Below, in pieces: positions 36,266 to 46,449 of a DNA stretch of 64,000 bases (the first letter of the stretch is position 1; the number at the start of each line of letters is the position of its first letter). The notes beneath the pieces are model-generated. The model was not told the DNA's origin. It saw only the letters and a program-made list of their open reading frames with translations, and did not search any database. A program made the position numbers and the translations under genes. Origin of the DNA: Thermoplasmata archaeon. GTDB lineage: Archaea; Thermoplasmatota; Thermoplasmata; Lutacidiplasmatales; UBA184. Location: positions 11,926-75,925 of the forward strand of contig DATJRX010000050.1 in NCBI GenBank assembly GCA_035504395.1, given 5' to 3'.

Positions 36266-37129
36266 CTATTTAACCCCCGGCGCCGGGGCCGGTGACTCGA
36301 GCGCGAGCGCGGCATACCCGACCACGTCGCGCATCGGATGGGCCTCGCCCGAATGCCCCCATCGGAGAAGGCGGGCGTCGAGGTCCTCTTCGGCGAGCGC
36401 GGCGAGGAGGACTGTCGTCGGCGCGATCCCGCACATCGAGATGTCGTTCGAGACGACTGTGTCGTACAGGAGCCGGGGGTCTCGGGCGAGGATCGCGTCG
36501 ATCGCGAGGCGATCGAGCCGCTCGGCCGTGGCCGCGGGGACGTAGTGCGAGAAGTCGGTCGACGCGAGCAGCAGCACGTCCCGGTCCTGTACGGCGGCGC
36601 GGACCACGAGCGCCGCGCGCACGAGCGCGTCGTACGGGCCGAACGGGACCTGCAGCGCGACGAACCGGGGTTCGGGCAGCGCGTACTCCAGGAACGGGAG
36701 CTGGACCTCGATCGAGTGCTCCCGGCGCTGTGCCTCCTCGTCGATCCGGATCGGACGATGGTCGAGCGCCCGGACGAGGTCCGGGTCGACGCGCATGGGC
36801 CCGAGCGGCGTCTCCCAATCCCGCGCCGAGAGCGACGGGCCGGCGCCGAGGCCGTAGTGGTCGACGCCCAGCACCAGGACGGTCGCCGGGGGGAGTTCGG
36901 CGGCGATCCGAAGGTAGGCGTGCGCGGCGATCGGCCCGGAGAACGGGTACCCCGCGTGCGGCACCACGGCGGCCCGCAGCCGCCGGGCCGGGGAGCGGTG
37001 CCGCGGTGGGAGCTCGCCCGGACCCCGGGGATCGAGGAAGCAGGACTCGATCTGCCGCGCGAGCGCCGCCCCGTCGCCCTCGTAGAACTGGCCCGCGACC
37101 GCCGGGGTCCGGGCCGAGCGGTCGGTCAT
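36266..37129 (-). CDS. MEMO1-family protein (AmmeMemoRadiSam system protein B-like)
   Basis: Trimmed to MTDRSARTPAVAGQFYEG. VVPHAGYPFSG, LGVDHYG, EHSIEVQLPFL and STDFSHY are MEMO motifs. Confidence 0.8.
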   Translation of the reverse strand: MTDRSARTPAVAGQFYEGDGAALARQIESCFLDPRGPGELPPRHRSPARRLRAAVVPHAGYPFSGPIAAHAYLRIAAELPPATVLVLGVDHYGLGAGPSLSARDWETPLGPMRVDPDLVRALDHRPIRIDEEAQRREHSIEVQLPFLEYALPEPRFVALQVPFGPYDALVRAALVVRAAVQDRDVLLLASTDFSHYVPAATAERLDRLAIDAILARDPRLLYDTVVSNDISMCGIAPTTVLLAALAEEDLDARLLRWGHSGEAHPMRDVVGYAALALESPAPAPGVK

Positions 37130-37136
37130 CCTGAGC

Positions 37137-37559
37137 TCACTCGGGCGAGAGCCGCGCGACGATCTCCATCGCCTCGCGCTCCTGGATCCGGTGCCGCTGC
37201 CCTGGGTGGAACGGGTTCGGCTCCCCGTAGCGCGGGATGACATGGAAGTGCACGTGGAAGACGATCTGGCCCGCGGCCGCGCCCGCGTTCATCGCTACGT
37301 TGTAGTCCGGCGCGAGGCGCTCGACGCGCGCGCACATGCGGGCGAGCGTCCGAACGAGGGCCGCCTGATCCGCGTCCGGGTAGTCCGTCAATCGCGGGGC
37401 GTGGCCGCGCGGGACCACCAGGAGGTGGCCGCGCGTGAACGGGTAGAGGTCCAAGAACGCGACGGTATCGGCGTCCTCGTACACCCGATAGGCCGGCGAG
37501 CGCCCCGCGACGATCCCGCAGAACACGCAGCCCGGGTCGGGCGCCCGCGGGGAGGCCAT
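37137..37559 (-). CDS. HIT-family (histidine triad) nucleotide hydrolase/transferase
   Basis: Trimmed to MASPRAPDPGCVFCGIVAG. TRGHLLVVPR and the histidine triad HVHFHVIPR are present. Confidence 0.85.
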   Translation of the reverse strand: MASPRAPDPGCVFCGIVAGRSPAYRVYEDADTVAFLDLYPFTRGHLLVVPRGHAPRLTDYPDADQAALVRTLARMCARVERLAPDYNVAMNAGAAAGQIVFHVHFHVIPRYGEPNPFHPGQRHRIQEREAMEIVARLSPE

Positions 37560-37646
37560 GCGCCCCGGGACCCGGGCGCGAGATAAAGGGTTGCGCCGCG
37601 CGCGGCGGGACGTGCGCTCATTAGCTCGCCCGAATCTGGCAGCGCG

Positions 37647-39974
37647 ATGCTCGGGCGCCTCGGCGTCGCCGCGACGATGATCGCGGTGCTCGTCGCGATC
37701 TCGCCCGGGGCCGTCGGACACGGCTCGGCGTCCGCGGCCGTCGGAGGCAGTGCTCCCGCGACGGGGGCGGGGTTCGTCACCGACGCGGTCTCGCTCCCGG
37801 CGGGCGTCCAGGGCGTCCCTCTACCTTCCGACCAGGCCGTCTCGATCACCGTGGCCCTCGCGTACCCTCACCCGGCGGCGCTCGACGCCTTCCTGGCCGC
37901 CGTCGAGGACCCCTCCTCCCCCGACTACCGGCACTTTCTGACCGCGGCCCAGTTTGAGGCGGCGTTCGCCCCCTCGTCCGGTACCGCGTCCTCGGTCGCG
38001 GCCACCCTCGCATCGGCGGGCGGTCGAGCGGTCACGGTGGCGGCGGACCGACTTTCCGTGTCCGCGGTGCTCCCGGCCCACGCGGTCGACGCGCTGTTCG
38101 GGGTCACGCTCGAGTCCGAGACCGGGTCCGCGAACGCGGAGTACACGGCCGTCGGGACCCCGAGTCTTCCGGCCGGATGGGCGACCCGCGTGGCGGGGGT
38201 CGACGGCCTGAGCAACGCTCCCAACGCCCGATGGAGCCCCGAGCTCGCGGCCGGACCGCTCGAGCGTGCGGCGCCGGTCGCGTCCGCGGACCAGTTCGCG
38301 ATCGACAACGCGACCGGTCAGCAGTGGTACGTCGGTTCGGACTTCACGAACTCGTTCGACGTGGTCGACCTGTTCCCCAGCACGTCCGGCCACGTCGCGA
38401 ACGCGACCTTCCCGACGGGCGAGGCCGTCGCCACCCTGCTCGCGAGCGGCTACAACCAGTCGCTCAACCAGAACACACCGCCGTGGGACCCGCTCGTGAT
38501 CCGGACCTACCTCAACACCACGCTCAACGCGTCCTGGGTGAATGTCTCCATGGCCGCGCCCCTTGTCGGAGTACCGGTGACGATCTCGGGGATCACCCCT
38601 CCGCTCCCCGGGTCCTTCGGCTCGGTCAACGATTCCACCCTCGACGAGTTCGAGAACTCGCTCGACCTCGAGATGGCGGGCAGCCTGGCGCCCGGCGCCG
38701 GTCTCTACAACTTCTACTTCGCGGGCAGCCTGCTCGCGACCACGTCGAGCGACGCCGACGTCGCGGCGTTCTTCGACCAGGACCTCGCGTCCGCCCTGGC
38801 CTACGACTACGGGAACCAGTCGCTCGGGGTCGTGACGTGCTCCTTCGGGGTCACCGACCTCAACGACTCGCTCTGGAACGAGGAGATCCAGCAGGCGGCC
38901 GCGATGGGCGTGACGATCGTGGCGGCGAGCGGCGACCAGGGGAACGCGCCGAACGCGGTGTCGGGCCGCTCCGACGGCCAGTGGCCGATCTGGCCTGCGA
39001 CCGCCTCGTTCAACACCTCGGGGGCCACGGCGGTCGGCGGGGTCTCGATCGGGCTCGCCGGGGGCAGCGCCGGATGGTTCAACGGGACCGACCTGTCCAT
39101 CGGCTACGACTTCAACAGCACCGGCCTCTCCCAGCTCGAGACGTGGTGGGACACGTCGGGCGGGTCGGGCGCGTACGCCGGCTCCGAGGGCGGGGTGAGC
39201 ACCGTCTTCCCTGAGCCGTACTGGCAGTTCCACTCGGCGGCCCAGCCGCCGATCGTGAACGCGACCGAGCGCCAGGGCGCCTCGACGATCGGACGGGCCG
39301 TCCCGGACGTGGCGTTCCCCGCCAACTCGACGATCGCGTTCGTCGTCGCCGACGCGCAGAACAACGTCTACTTCACGGTCCTCGAGGGGACCAGCATCGC
39401 GGCCCCGGCGTTCGCGGGCCTTCTCGCCGACGAGATCGCGGTCGCGCACCACGACTTCGGCTACCTCGATCCCGAGCTCTACCGGATCGGCAGCTACTTC
39501 GGCGCGAACCCCGGACCCGCGAGCGCCTTCCTGGACGTCACCGTCGGCGGCAACTACGTCTTCTCGGCGGCGCCCGGATGGGATCCGACGACCGGCTGGG
39601 GGGTGCCGCTGGGGACGGCGCTCTACGCCGCCGACGCGAACCCCGCGATCCGGGACTACCTGTACACGGGCCCGACGCCCGGCCTGCCGGCGGCCGCGGC
39701 CCCGGCCGCCGTCCCGTGGACCGAGATCTACATCGTCTTCGGGGTCGGGATCACGGTCGCGATCGTCCTCGTCATCCTGGTCGGTCGCCCGAACCGGACT
39801 GCGACCGTCCCGCCGCCGCCCCCGTTCGGCGCGACGATGGCGCCGCCTCCGCCCACGTCCGACCTCGACCACGTTTCGCCGGCGCCCGGGTCGGGCGCTA
39901 CGTTCCTCTGCCCGTACTGCGGGAGCCCCCGGCCGGCGGAGCCGGTGCGCTGCCCGAAGTGCGGCGCGCTCTAG
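37647..39974 (+). CDS. Sedolisin (S53) serine-carboxyl peptidase with pro-kumamolisin-type propeptide, C-terminal TM anchor and zinc ribbon
   Basis: There is a signal-like N-terminus. The propeptide motif is DPSSPDYRHFLTAAQFEAAFAPS. Catalytic-region motifs are ASGDQGN and GTSIAAPAFAGLLA. The TM helix is IYIVFGVGITVAIVLVILV. The terminal ribbon is CPYCG...CPKCG. Confidence 0.8.
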   Translation: MLGRLGVAATMIAVLVAISPGAVGHGSASAAVGGSAPATGAGFVTDAVSLPAGVQGVPLPSDQAVSITVALAYPHPAALDAFLAAVEDPSSPDYRHFLTAAQFEAAFAPSSGTASSVAATLASAGGRAVTVAADRLSVSAVLPAHAVDALFGVTLESETGSANAEYTAVGTPSLPAGWATRVAGVDGLSNAPNARWSPELAAGPLERAAPVASADQFAIDNATGQQWYVGSDFTNSFDVVDLFPSTSGHVANATFPTGEAVATLLASGYNQSLNQNTPPWDPLVIRTYLNTTLNASWVNVSMAAPLVGVPVTISGITPPLPGSFGSVNDSTLDEFENSLDLEMAGSLAPGAGLYNFYFAGSLLATTSSDADVAAFFDQDLASALAYDYGNQSLGVVTCSFGVTDLNDSLWNEEIQQAAAMGVTIVAASGDQGNAPNAVSGRSDGQWPIWPATASFNTSGATAVGGVSIGLAGGSAGWFNGTDLSIGYDFNSTGLSQLETWWDTSGGSGAYAGSEGGVSTVFPEPYWQFHSAAQPPIVNATERQGASTIGRAVPDVAFPANSTIAFVVADAQNNVYFTVLEGTSIAAPAFAGLLADEIAVAHHDFGYLDPELYRIGSYFGANPGPASAFLDVTVGGNYVFSAAPGWDPTTGWGVPLGTALYAADANPAIRDYLYTGPTPGLPAAAAPAAVPWTEIYIVFGVGITVAIVLVILVGRPNRTATVPPPPPFGATMAPPPPTSDLDHVSPAPGSGATFLCPYCGSPRPAEPVRCPKCGAL

Positions 39975-39982
39975 CGCGCGTC

Positions 39983-40612
39983 CTACGCCGCGGCGGGCGG
40001 GTCGGCCGGGCTCGGCGGCGCCTCGGCTGGCTCCTCGCTCGCCGGTGTCCCGTCCTCGCTCGCCGGCATCGGGGCCGGCGGGGGCGGGGCGCCCGGCGGT
40101 ACGCCGAGCTTCTGCTCGAGGAACCGCCGGATCTCCTCCGGCCGGGTCGACGCGAGCCCGAAGTACTCGGCGAAGCGTCGGGTGGTCGTCAGCTCGAGCG
40201 TCGCGCCCCGCGGCTCGGTGTGGACCAGCCCGAGTCCGCGCAGGTGCTGGACCTCCTCGTAGGCGATGTCCCCGATCATCCGGACGAGCACGCTCTGCAG
40301 GATCGGCTGGTGGTAGGCCACGAGGGTGAGCGCCTTCAGCGTTCGGGGCGCCATCTCGACGGGCGTGACGGCATGGACCGCGGGGACGAACCGCTCCTCG
40401 AGCTGGAGCGCGTACCGGTCGCCGACGCGGCGGACCTCGAGCGCGGACTGCCGGTGTTCGTACGTCTGCTGGAGCGTGCGGACCGCCCGCTGGACGGGCC
40501 GGTAGTCGTCGAGCCCGAGCGCGGCGGTGATCTCCTTGATTGCGAGGGGCTTGCCGGACGCGAACAGCACCGCCTCGACCTGGAGGACCAGGTCGTCGAG
40601 CTTGGACGGCAT
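39983..40612 (-). CDS. scpB: Segregation and condensation protein B
   Basis: Trimmed to MPSKLDDLVLQVEAVLFASGKPLAIKEI (ScpB winged-helix N-terminus). It lies downstream of scpA with a TGATG overlap. Confidence 0.85.
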   Translation of the reverse strand: MPSKLDDLVLQVEAVLFASGKPLAIKEITAALGLDDYRPVQRAVRTLQQTYEHRQSALEVRRVGDRYALQLEERFVPAVHAVTPVEMAPRTLKALTLVAYHQPILQSVLVRMIGDIAYEEVQHLRGLGLVHTEPRGATLELTTTRRFAEYFGLASTRPEEIRRFLEQKLGVPPGAPPPPAPMPASEDGTPASEEPAEAPPSPADPPAAA

Positions 40613-41559
40613 CAGGCCGCCTCCACGAACCGCTGGCGCTCTTCGGCGATCCGGACCAGGAGCACGGGGGAGACGCCCAGCGCGTCTTGATGCAGCTCGA
40701 TCGAGCGTTCGCGCGCCAGGAACAGCGCGGCCAGGAAGATCGCGACCAGGTGGTCGCGGCCCGAGAGCGGGTTCCAGAGGTCGAGGAGCGGGAACGGCGT
40801 CCCGATCGGGTGCCGGAGGGCTGCGTCCCAGGTGTCGACGAGATCGTGCTCGGGGAGGTCGCCGTGGACGAGGACCTCGGGCGGCGCCCGCTGCTCCTCG
40901 CGCAGGCGGTCGCGCAGCTCCTCGAGGCGGGTCGCCCGCCGGGCGTCGGCCTCGGCCTCCCCGAACGCCCGCACGAGCTCGAGCAGCGAGACCGGACGGG
41001 TCTCGGGGTGGCGCACCATCCCGAGGAGCGGCGGGGGATCGGAGGTGCCGAGCACCGCGGTCGTCACGTCGACGGCCTCCGGGGTCTCGAGCATCGGGAG
41101 GTAGCCGTCGTCGGTCGCCGCCATCGCGTCGGCGTCGAGCGGGGCCGGTGGGTCGCGCGTCCTGAGGACGGCCTCCGACTGGAGGTACAGGATGCTCCAG
41201 GCCATGTACAGGAGCCGGCCGGCGATCGCGAAGTTCACGGCGCCGTCGGAGCGCACGCGCTCGACGTACGACTGGGTGAACTTCACGAGGTCGATCTCCC
41301 ACGGGTCGAACTCCTCCTCCATCACGAGCTCGAAGAGGAGCGCGGTCGCCTTCTGGAACTCGTCGGGGATGACGAGGTGAACACCCTCCTTCAGGCTCTC
41401 GACGAGCGTCAGATACCGCTCCAGCAGGACCGACGTGTCCTCGGCCTCGCCCAGCAGGGAGCGGTGGAAGACGAGGTAGCGCAGGACCTTCTCGGCCGCG
41501 GCGCGGGGGACCGCGCCGGGGCTCGCGAGCGCCGCCGCCTCGGACTCGGCGATCGTCAC
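40612..41559 (-). CDS. scpA: Segregation and condensation protein A (kleisin)
   Basis: 315 aa. FDPWEIDLVKFTQSYVERV is the ScpA N-terminal motif. Its start overlaps the smc stop (ATGA). Confidence 0.85.
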   Translation of the reverse strand: MTIAESEAAALASPGAVPRAAAEKVLRYLVFHRSLLGEAEDTSVLLERYLTLVESLKEGVHLVIPDEFQKATALLFELVMEEEFDPWEIDLVKFTQSYVERVRSDGAVNFAIAGRLLYMAWSILYLQSEAVLRTRDPPAPLDADAMAATDDGYLPMLETPEAVDVTTAVLGTSDPPPLLGMVRHPETRPVSLLELVRAFGEAEADARRATRLEELRDRLREEQRAPPEVLVHGDLPEHDLVDTWDAALRHPIGTPFPLLDLWNPLSGRDHLVAIFLAALFLARERSIELHQDALGVSPVLLVRIAEERQRFVEAA

Positions 41560-44500
41560 TGGGCCTCCACGGCGCGCGTCGCCGCCTCCGGCTCGCGCGC
41601 GCCCTCCCGGCTCTCGACGTCGTGGATGTCGTCGAGATGGATCCCGACGACGCGCGAGCAGCCGTCGCCGTGCATCGTCACGCCGTAGAGGTGGGAGGCG
41701 AACTTGAGGGTCACCTTGCGCAGCGAGATGACGACGAACTGGGCCCGCTCCGCGTTGCGCCGGAGCATGCGGCCGACGTACTCGGCGTTCAGCCCGTCGA
41801 GCGACATGTCGACCTCGTCGAACACGTAGAGCGGGCTCGGGTCGTAGCGCTGCAGCGCGAAGATGAAGGCGAGGCTCGCGAGCGACTTCTCGCCGCCGCT
41901 CAGCTGCTCCAGTCGGGCGACGGTCTTGCCGACCGGTCGCGCCCGGATCAGGAGGCCGCCCGCGAGGGGATCCTGCGGGTTCTCGAGGACGATCTCGCCC
42001 TCCCCGCCGGCGGAGAGTTCGCCGTAGATCGCGCGGAAGTGCCCATTGACCTGCACGACGACCTCCTGGATCTTCTCGCGCTTCTTGGTCTCGATCTCGC
42101 CGACGAGCGCGGTCAGCTCGGTCTTCTCGGTCGTGAGGCGCTCGACCTCGGCGGAGAACTCGTCAAGGCGCGTCTTCTCCGCGTCGTACTCCTCGACCGC
42201 GCGCAGGTTGACGTCGCCCATCGACCCGAGCTGCTGCTCGAGGGCGGTGACCTTCCGTCGGAGCTCCTCCACGCTCATCGGCTTCTCGTCGGGCTCCGGC
42301 TCGGGGAACTGCTTCAGCGCCTCCTCGAGCTCACGGAACTTCGCCTCCGCGACCGCGAGCCGGGTCTCCTCCTGGGTGAGGAGCGACTTACGCGTCTCCA
42401 GGTTCGCCTGGGCCTCGCCGAGCCGCCGCGTCACCTCAAGCCGCTGCTCCTCGAGCTTCCGCTTCTTTTCCGCGGAGGCCTTCTGCGACTCCGACTGCTT
42501 CGACTCGACCGACTTGAGGGCGTCGAGCGCCTCCTTGGCCTCGTGGACCGCCTTTTCCGTTCGGGCGATCTCCTTCTTCTTGGCGGCGATCGACGCCCGG
42601 GCGGCGTTAAGCTCCGTGCGCCGGCTCTCGAGACCGGCGGTGAGCGCGGCGAGCGAGGCGCGGGCGGCCTCGAGCTCTCCGTTGACCTTCACGCGCTCCT
42701 CCGAGGTCTTCTGGGCGGCCTCCTGGAGCGACCGGAGCTTGGCCCCGAGCGACTCCGGCAACTGGCCGAGGTACTGCTCCTGGGCCTGCTGGATCGAGGA
42801 CTTCAGGGCCGCGATCTCGTCCGCGAGCTGGGCGACCGTCGCCTCGGCCTTCCCGAACGCCGCCTCGCCTCGCTTCTGCTCGGCGGTCGCGGACGCGATG
42901 AGTTCCTCCGCGGACTTGAGCCGGGCCCGGGCGGCCGCGAGGTCCTTCTCGAGGATCTGACGGGTGGACTGCTGAGATTGATCCCGGATCGACCGGGTGG
43001 CGAGCTCCTCGCTCACGCCCCGGATCCGGTCGGTGATCTTTCCGAGCCCTTCGCGCGCCGCGCTCTCCGCGGCGCTCTTCTCCCGCAGCTCGTCGCCGAG
43101 CCGCTTCAGTTCCACGGCGCTGTCCGCCCCCCGGCCCTGGGCCGAGGGGTCGAGGTACCCGCCCGAGATCGCCCCGGTCGCCTCGATGAGATCGCCCTGG
43201 AGCGTGACGAGCCGGACGCCGCCCATCTCGGCCCGTGCGGCGGCGAGGTCGTTCATGACCACGGTCTCGCCGAAGACGTACCAGAACGCGGATCGGTAGC
43301 CCTCGTCGAACTTCACGAGGTCGATCGCGAACCCGGTCGCGCCCGAGCTCTTCGCCGCCACGAGCGACTTCCCGTGCGGGCGGCCGGGCAACATCCGGTT
43401 GAGCGGGAGGAACGTCGCGCGCCCCCGCTTTTCCTCGCGCAGGAGACGGATGCACTCCTCGGCGACCTGGTCGGACTCGACGACCAGGGCCTGGAAGCGG
43501 TTCCCGCCCGCGACCTGGAGCGCGGTCTTGACCTTCGGCTCGAACTCCGCGAGCTCCTCGACGGTGCCCCGGATCCCGGCGATCTTCCCGAGGTTGCGTT
43601 GCGACAGGAGGTAGTCGACCGCGGCGAGCTGGTTCGGGCGCGCGCCGGACTCGGTGCGCGCCTTGAGCCGCGCATCCAGCGCGAGATAGCGCCGATTGAG
43701 CTCGCCGACCTCGCGGGAGAGGCGCTCGGCCTCGGCCGTGAGCGACTTCTCCTGGTTCTTGAGGGAGAACAGCTCCTTCTGGAGGTCGCCGGTCGAAGCG
43801 CCGCCCGATCCCTTCGACGGGCCGGACTCCTTGATCCGCATCTCGAGGTCCCGGACCTCGACCTCGCGTTCCCGAAGATCGTCCTCCGACTGGGCCAGCG
43901 TCCGCTCGGCCGACTCCGCGGCGGCGTGCGCCGCCTCCCGGTCGTGCACGGCCTGCTGCCAGGTCTTCTGCTTCGCGTCGAACTGCCGCTGGAGCTCGAG
44001 CTGCTGGCGCCGAGCCGCGGCGAGCTTCTCGCCCGCCTTCCCGGACGGTCCGGTGGCCGCTCGGATGCCCTCGGTGTGCTCCTCGGCGTCCTTCTCGAGC
44101 GCCGCGAGCCGATCGGCGAGCGTCGACTGCTGGCCCTCGAGCTCGGTCCGCTGGGACTCCTCGGACGCCACGCCCTTCTCGAGCTCCGCGGTCTGGGCGT
44201 CCAGCGCTTCGAGCTCCTCCTTCAGGTGGGAGAGCGTCTGATCCTGGCGGGCGTAGGCCATCCGCTTCTCGTCGAGCTCCGTCTTGAACTGGATCGCCGC
44301 TGCGCCGCCCGCTTCGGCGATCTCTCGGTCGACCGCGTCGACCTGGGTCGCGAGATCGGTTTGCCGGCCGGTGAGCTCGGTGCGTGCCGCCTCGAGCTTC
44401 TCGAGCTCGGCGCGGACCGAATCGACCTGCCGGCGGCAGGTCGCCAGCTCCTGCTCGGCCATCCGGTGGCCCGCGCGGGCGAGGCGCGCCTCCGTGCGGC

Positions 44501-45185
44501 GCTTGTCGTCCTGGAGCTGCTTGTACTGGATCGCCTGCAGCCGCTGGTTCTCGAGCCCGGCGAGGTGGCCCTTGATCTCGCCGAGGAGGGTCTGGATGCG
44601 CGTCAGGTTCTGGTCGAGGTCGGCCCGCTTGGTGGCGGCGCGCTCGAGCTCGTCGTCGTACTGGCTGATCCCGGCGAGCCGCTCGAGCAGGCCCCGCCGG
44701 GGCACGGGCCCCATGGTGACGATCTTGTTGACGTCGCCCTGCTGCACGAGGTTGTAACCGTCACCGGAGAGCCGACCGTGGGCGAGCAGGCCGTCGATCT
44801 CGGTCTGGGTCGTCCGCTTGCCGTTGACGTAGAAGTACGAGTAGTAGCCGTCGGGGTCGCTCGGGGCGAGCTTCACGTAGCGGGTGACCTCGACCTCGGC
44901 GGACTCGACGGGGAGGAGGTGGTCGGAGTTGTCAAAGATGAGCGAGACCTCGCACTCGGTCGCGGCCTTCTTGGACGAGCCGCCGTTGAAGAACAGATGG
45001 GTCAGCCGCTCGGCGCGCAGTGCCTTCGAGCTCGTCGGCCCGAGAACGAACAGGATCGCGTCCGAGATGTTCGACTTGCCCATGCCGTTCGGACCGGCCA
45101 CGCCGGTGAACCCGGGCTGGAACGGGATCTCGGTCGCTCCGGCGAACGACTTGAAATTGCGCACCTTGAGCCGCTTGAGATACAT
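41556..45185 (-). CDS. smc: Chromosome segregation protein SMC
   Basis: Walker A is GPNGMGKSNISDAI. There are long coiled coils with a central hinge. The signature motif is LSGGEKSLASLAF and Walker B is LYVFDEVDMSLD. Confidence 0.95.
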   Translation of the reverse strand: MYLKRLKVRNFKSFAGATEIPFQPGFTGVAGPNGMGKSNISDAILFVLGPTSSKALRAERLTHLFFNGGSSKKAATECEVSLIFDNSDHLLPVESAEVEVTRYVKLAPSDPDGYYSYFYVNGKRTTQTEIDGLLAHGRLSGDGYNLVQQGDVNKIVTMGPVPRRGLLERLAGISQYDDELERAATKRADLDQNLTRIQTLLGEIKGHLAGLENQRLQAIQYKQLQDDKRRTEARLARAGHRMAEQELATCRRQVDSVRAELEKLEAARTELTGRQTDLATQVDAVDREIAEAGGAAAIQFKTELDEKRMAYARQDQTLSHLKEELEALDAQTAELEKGVASEESQRTELEGQQSTLADRLAALEKDAEEHTEGIRAATGPSGKAGEKLAAARRQQLELQRQFDAKQKTWQQAVHDREAAHAAAESAERTLAQSEDDLREREVEVRDLEMRIKESGPSKGSGGASTGDLQKELFSLKNQEKSLTAEAERLSREVGELNRRYLALDARLKARTESGARPNQLAAVDYLLSQRNLGKIAGIRGTVEELAEFEPKVKTALQVAGGNRFQALVVESDQVAEECIRLLREEKRGRATFLPLNRMLPGRPHGKSLVAAKSSGATGFAIDLVKFDEGYRSAFWYVFGETVVMNDLAAARAEMGGVRLVTLQGDLIEATGAISGGYLDPSAQGRGADSAVELKRLGDELREKSAAESAAREGLGKITDRIRGVSEELATRSIRDQSQQSTRQILEKDLAAARARLKSAEELIASATAEQKRGEAAFGKAEATVAQLADEIAALKSSIQQAQEQYLGQLPESLGAKLRSLQEAAQKTSEERVKVNGELEAARASLAALTAGLESRRTELNAARASIAAKKKEIARTEKAVHEAKEALDALKSVESKQSESQKASAEKKRKLEEQRLEVTRRLGEAQANLETRKSLLTQEETRLAVAEAKFRELEEALKQFPEPEPDEKPMSVEELRRKVTALEQQLGSMGDVNLRAVEEYDAEKTRLDEFSAEVERLTTEKTELTALVGEIETKKREKIQEVVVQVNGHFRAIYGELSAGGEGEIVLENPQDPLAGGLLIRARPVGKTVARLEQLSGGEKSLASLAFIFALQRYDPSPLYVFDEVDMSLDGLNAEYVGRMLRRNAERAQFVVISLRKVTLKFASHLYGVTMHGDGCSRVVGIHLDDIHDVESREGAREPEAATRAVEAQ

Positions 45186-45284
45186 CGAGCGCCCCTCCCC
45201 GCTGGGTCCGGACCTGTGAGCTCCGTCGCCGATTCCTGCCCGTTTGTCAGACAGTCGTCAGCAGTCGGTCCCGAGCCTTGTCAG

Positions 45285-45302
45285 CCGTATTTAACAATAC
45301 GG
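45285..45302. repeat. Inverted repeat with AT-rich core upstream of smc
   Basis: CCGTATT-TAAC-AATACGG has 7-nt arms. The minus strand reads TTAAATA inside it. It lies ~100 nt upstream of the smc ATG in a 296-nt divergent spacer. Confidence 0.3.
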
Positions 45303-45481
45303 TTCGTTCGGCACCGACGCCCGCGCTGGACGCGCGTCCGGGGCGCGCACCGGGCGCAAGCGGGGCCGCGAGCCGGTCCGCCATCGCCCTGGCGGCCGCC
45401 TCGAAGCCCGGCCTATCGGTTAGTTATACCGCGCCCCGATTCCCCCCCAAGGCTCGCGTTCGGGGCGGCAGGATCTCGCCA

Positions 45482-46255
45482 ATGAAGATACGGATGGGGG
45501 CGCGGAACCGCAGCGGAGACCGGAACTCGGGCCCGGGACGCCGAATGGTAGTGGCGATGCTCATGGTCATCGTGGTCGTCGCCGCGGCGGTCGTGGTTCT
45601 CGCGATCTCGGACGTCGGGACCGGCGCGGCACCCCGTGCTTCGGCATCGCCCCAGACGGCGGCGGTTTCGATCGTCCTCTCCCCGAAGAGCGGCGGTGAG
45701 GAGACCAGCATCACCGTCAAGGGCTCGAACTTCGCGCCGTCCACGACCGTCGACCTTACGTTCGGGAACCCCCACCTGCCGACGTTCAACCTGGACGGAC
45801 AGCCCGCTCCGTACAACGTGCCCTATACCGTGACCACGAATTCGGTCGGAGGGTTCTCGACTCCGATCTACTCGGGCCCGTTGAACAAGGGAACGTACGA
45901 GGTGCTCGCCTCGGACGGTTCGGTCACGGCTTCGGCGACGTACAAGATCACCTCGAGCCCGACCACGCTCAAGCTCTCGAGCGTGAGCGTCGCGCCCGGC
46001 GCGTGCGTGAAGCTGAAGGGGACGGGATTCTACCCGGGGGACGTCGAGAACCTCTACGTGGGCCCCTGGCCGAACTCGGCGGGGTTCAAGACGCTCAAGT
46101 CGTTCCCGGACACTTTGGCCGGAGCAATCGCCCACAAGATCTGCACGTACACGACGTCCCACGGAGCCCCGGTCGACTGGGCCGCGGGCACCTACGCGAT
46201 CCTCGTGGTCGGGGACACGTTCACCAGCGGCAGCGTGACGCTCACCGTCTCGTAG
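45482..46255 (+). CDS. Membrane-anchored/secreted protein with two IPT/TIG-like Ig-fold repeats
   Basis: Trimmed to MKIRMGARN. The TM/signal segment is MVVAMLMVIVVVAAAVVVLAI. Two similar modules follow (ITVKGSNFAPSTTVDLTF and VKLKGTGFYPGDVENLYVG). Composition is S/T-rich. Confidence 0.65.
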   Translation: MKIRMGARNRSGDRNSGPGRRMVVAMLMVIVVVAAAVVVLAISDVGTGAAPRASASPQTAAVSIVLSPKSGGEETSITVKGSNFAPSTTVDLTFGNPHLPTFNLDGQPAPYNVPYTVTTNSVGGFSTPIYSGPLNKGTYEVLASDGSVTASATYKITSSPTTLKLSSVSVAPGACVKLKGTGFYPGDVENLYVGPWPNSAGFKTLKSFPDTLAGAIAHKICTYTTSHGAPVDWAAGTYAILVVGDTFTSGSVTLTVS

Positions 46256-46449
46256 CCTCGTTCGAGGGGCGTGGGACGGATCGGGCCAGTCGGATCGAAC
46301 GTTCGACCCTTCTCTCTTGTCTCGCCGGTGGGGGGGCCCCTCCGCGCGAGACCGGAGGGCCCGTGCGCTGACGCGCCTTCGGGAGTAAATACGAGTACGG
46401 TTCTCGAACGGACGGGGGCGCGCGGACGACGCGCGCCGGGGGGTCGGCG

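Noticed and set aside
36266-37129. AmmeMemoRadiSam three-gene system
   Set aside because: Only the MEMO-like member is present. Its neighbours are dcd and a HIT protein, not AMMECR1 or the radical SAM partner. The queE radical SAM gene ~3.6 kb away belongs to a different family.
41622-45485. 1287-aa plus-strand ORF spanning the whole smc locus
   Set aside because: It is antisense to an SMC gene with clear Walker A, signature and Walker B motifs. Its translation is a monotonous L/E/R/G/D-rich mirror of a coiled coil with no motifs. This is a typical stop-poor antisense frame at high GC.
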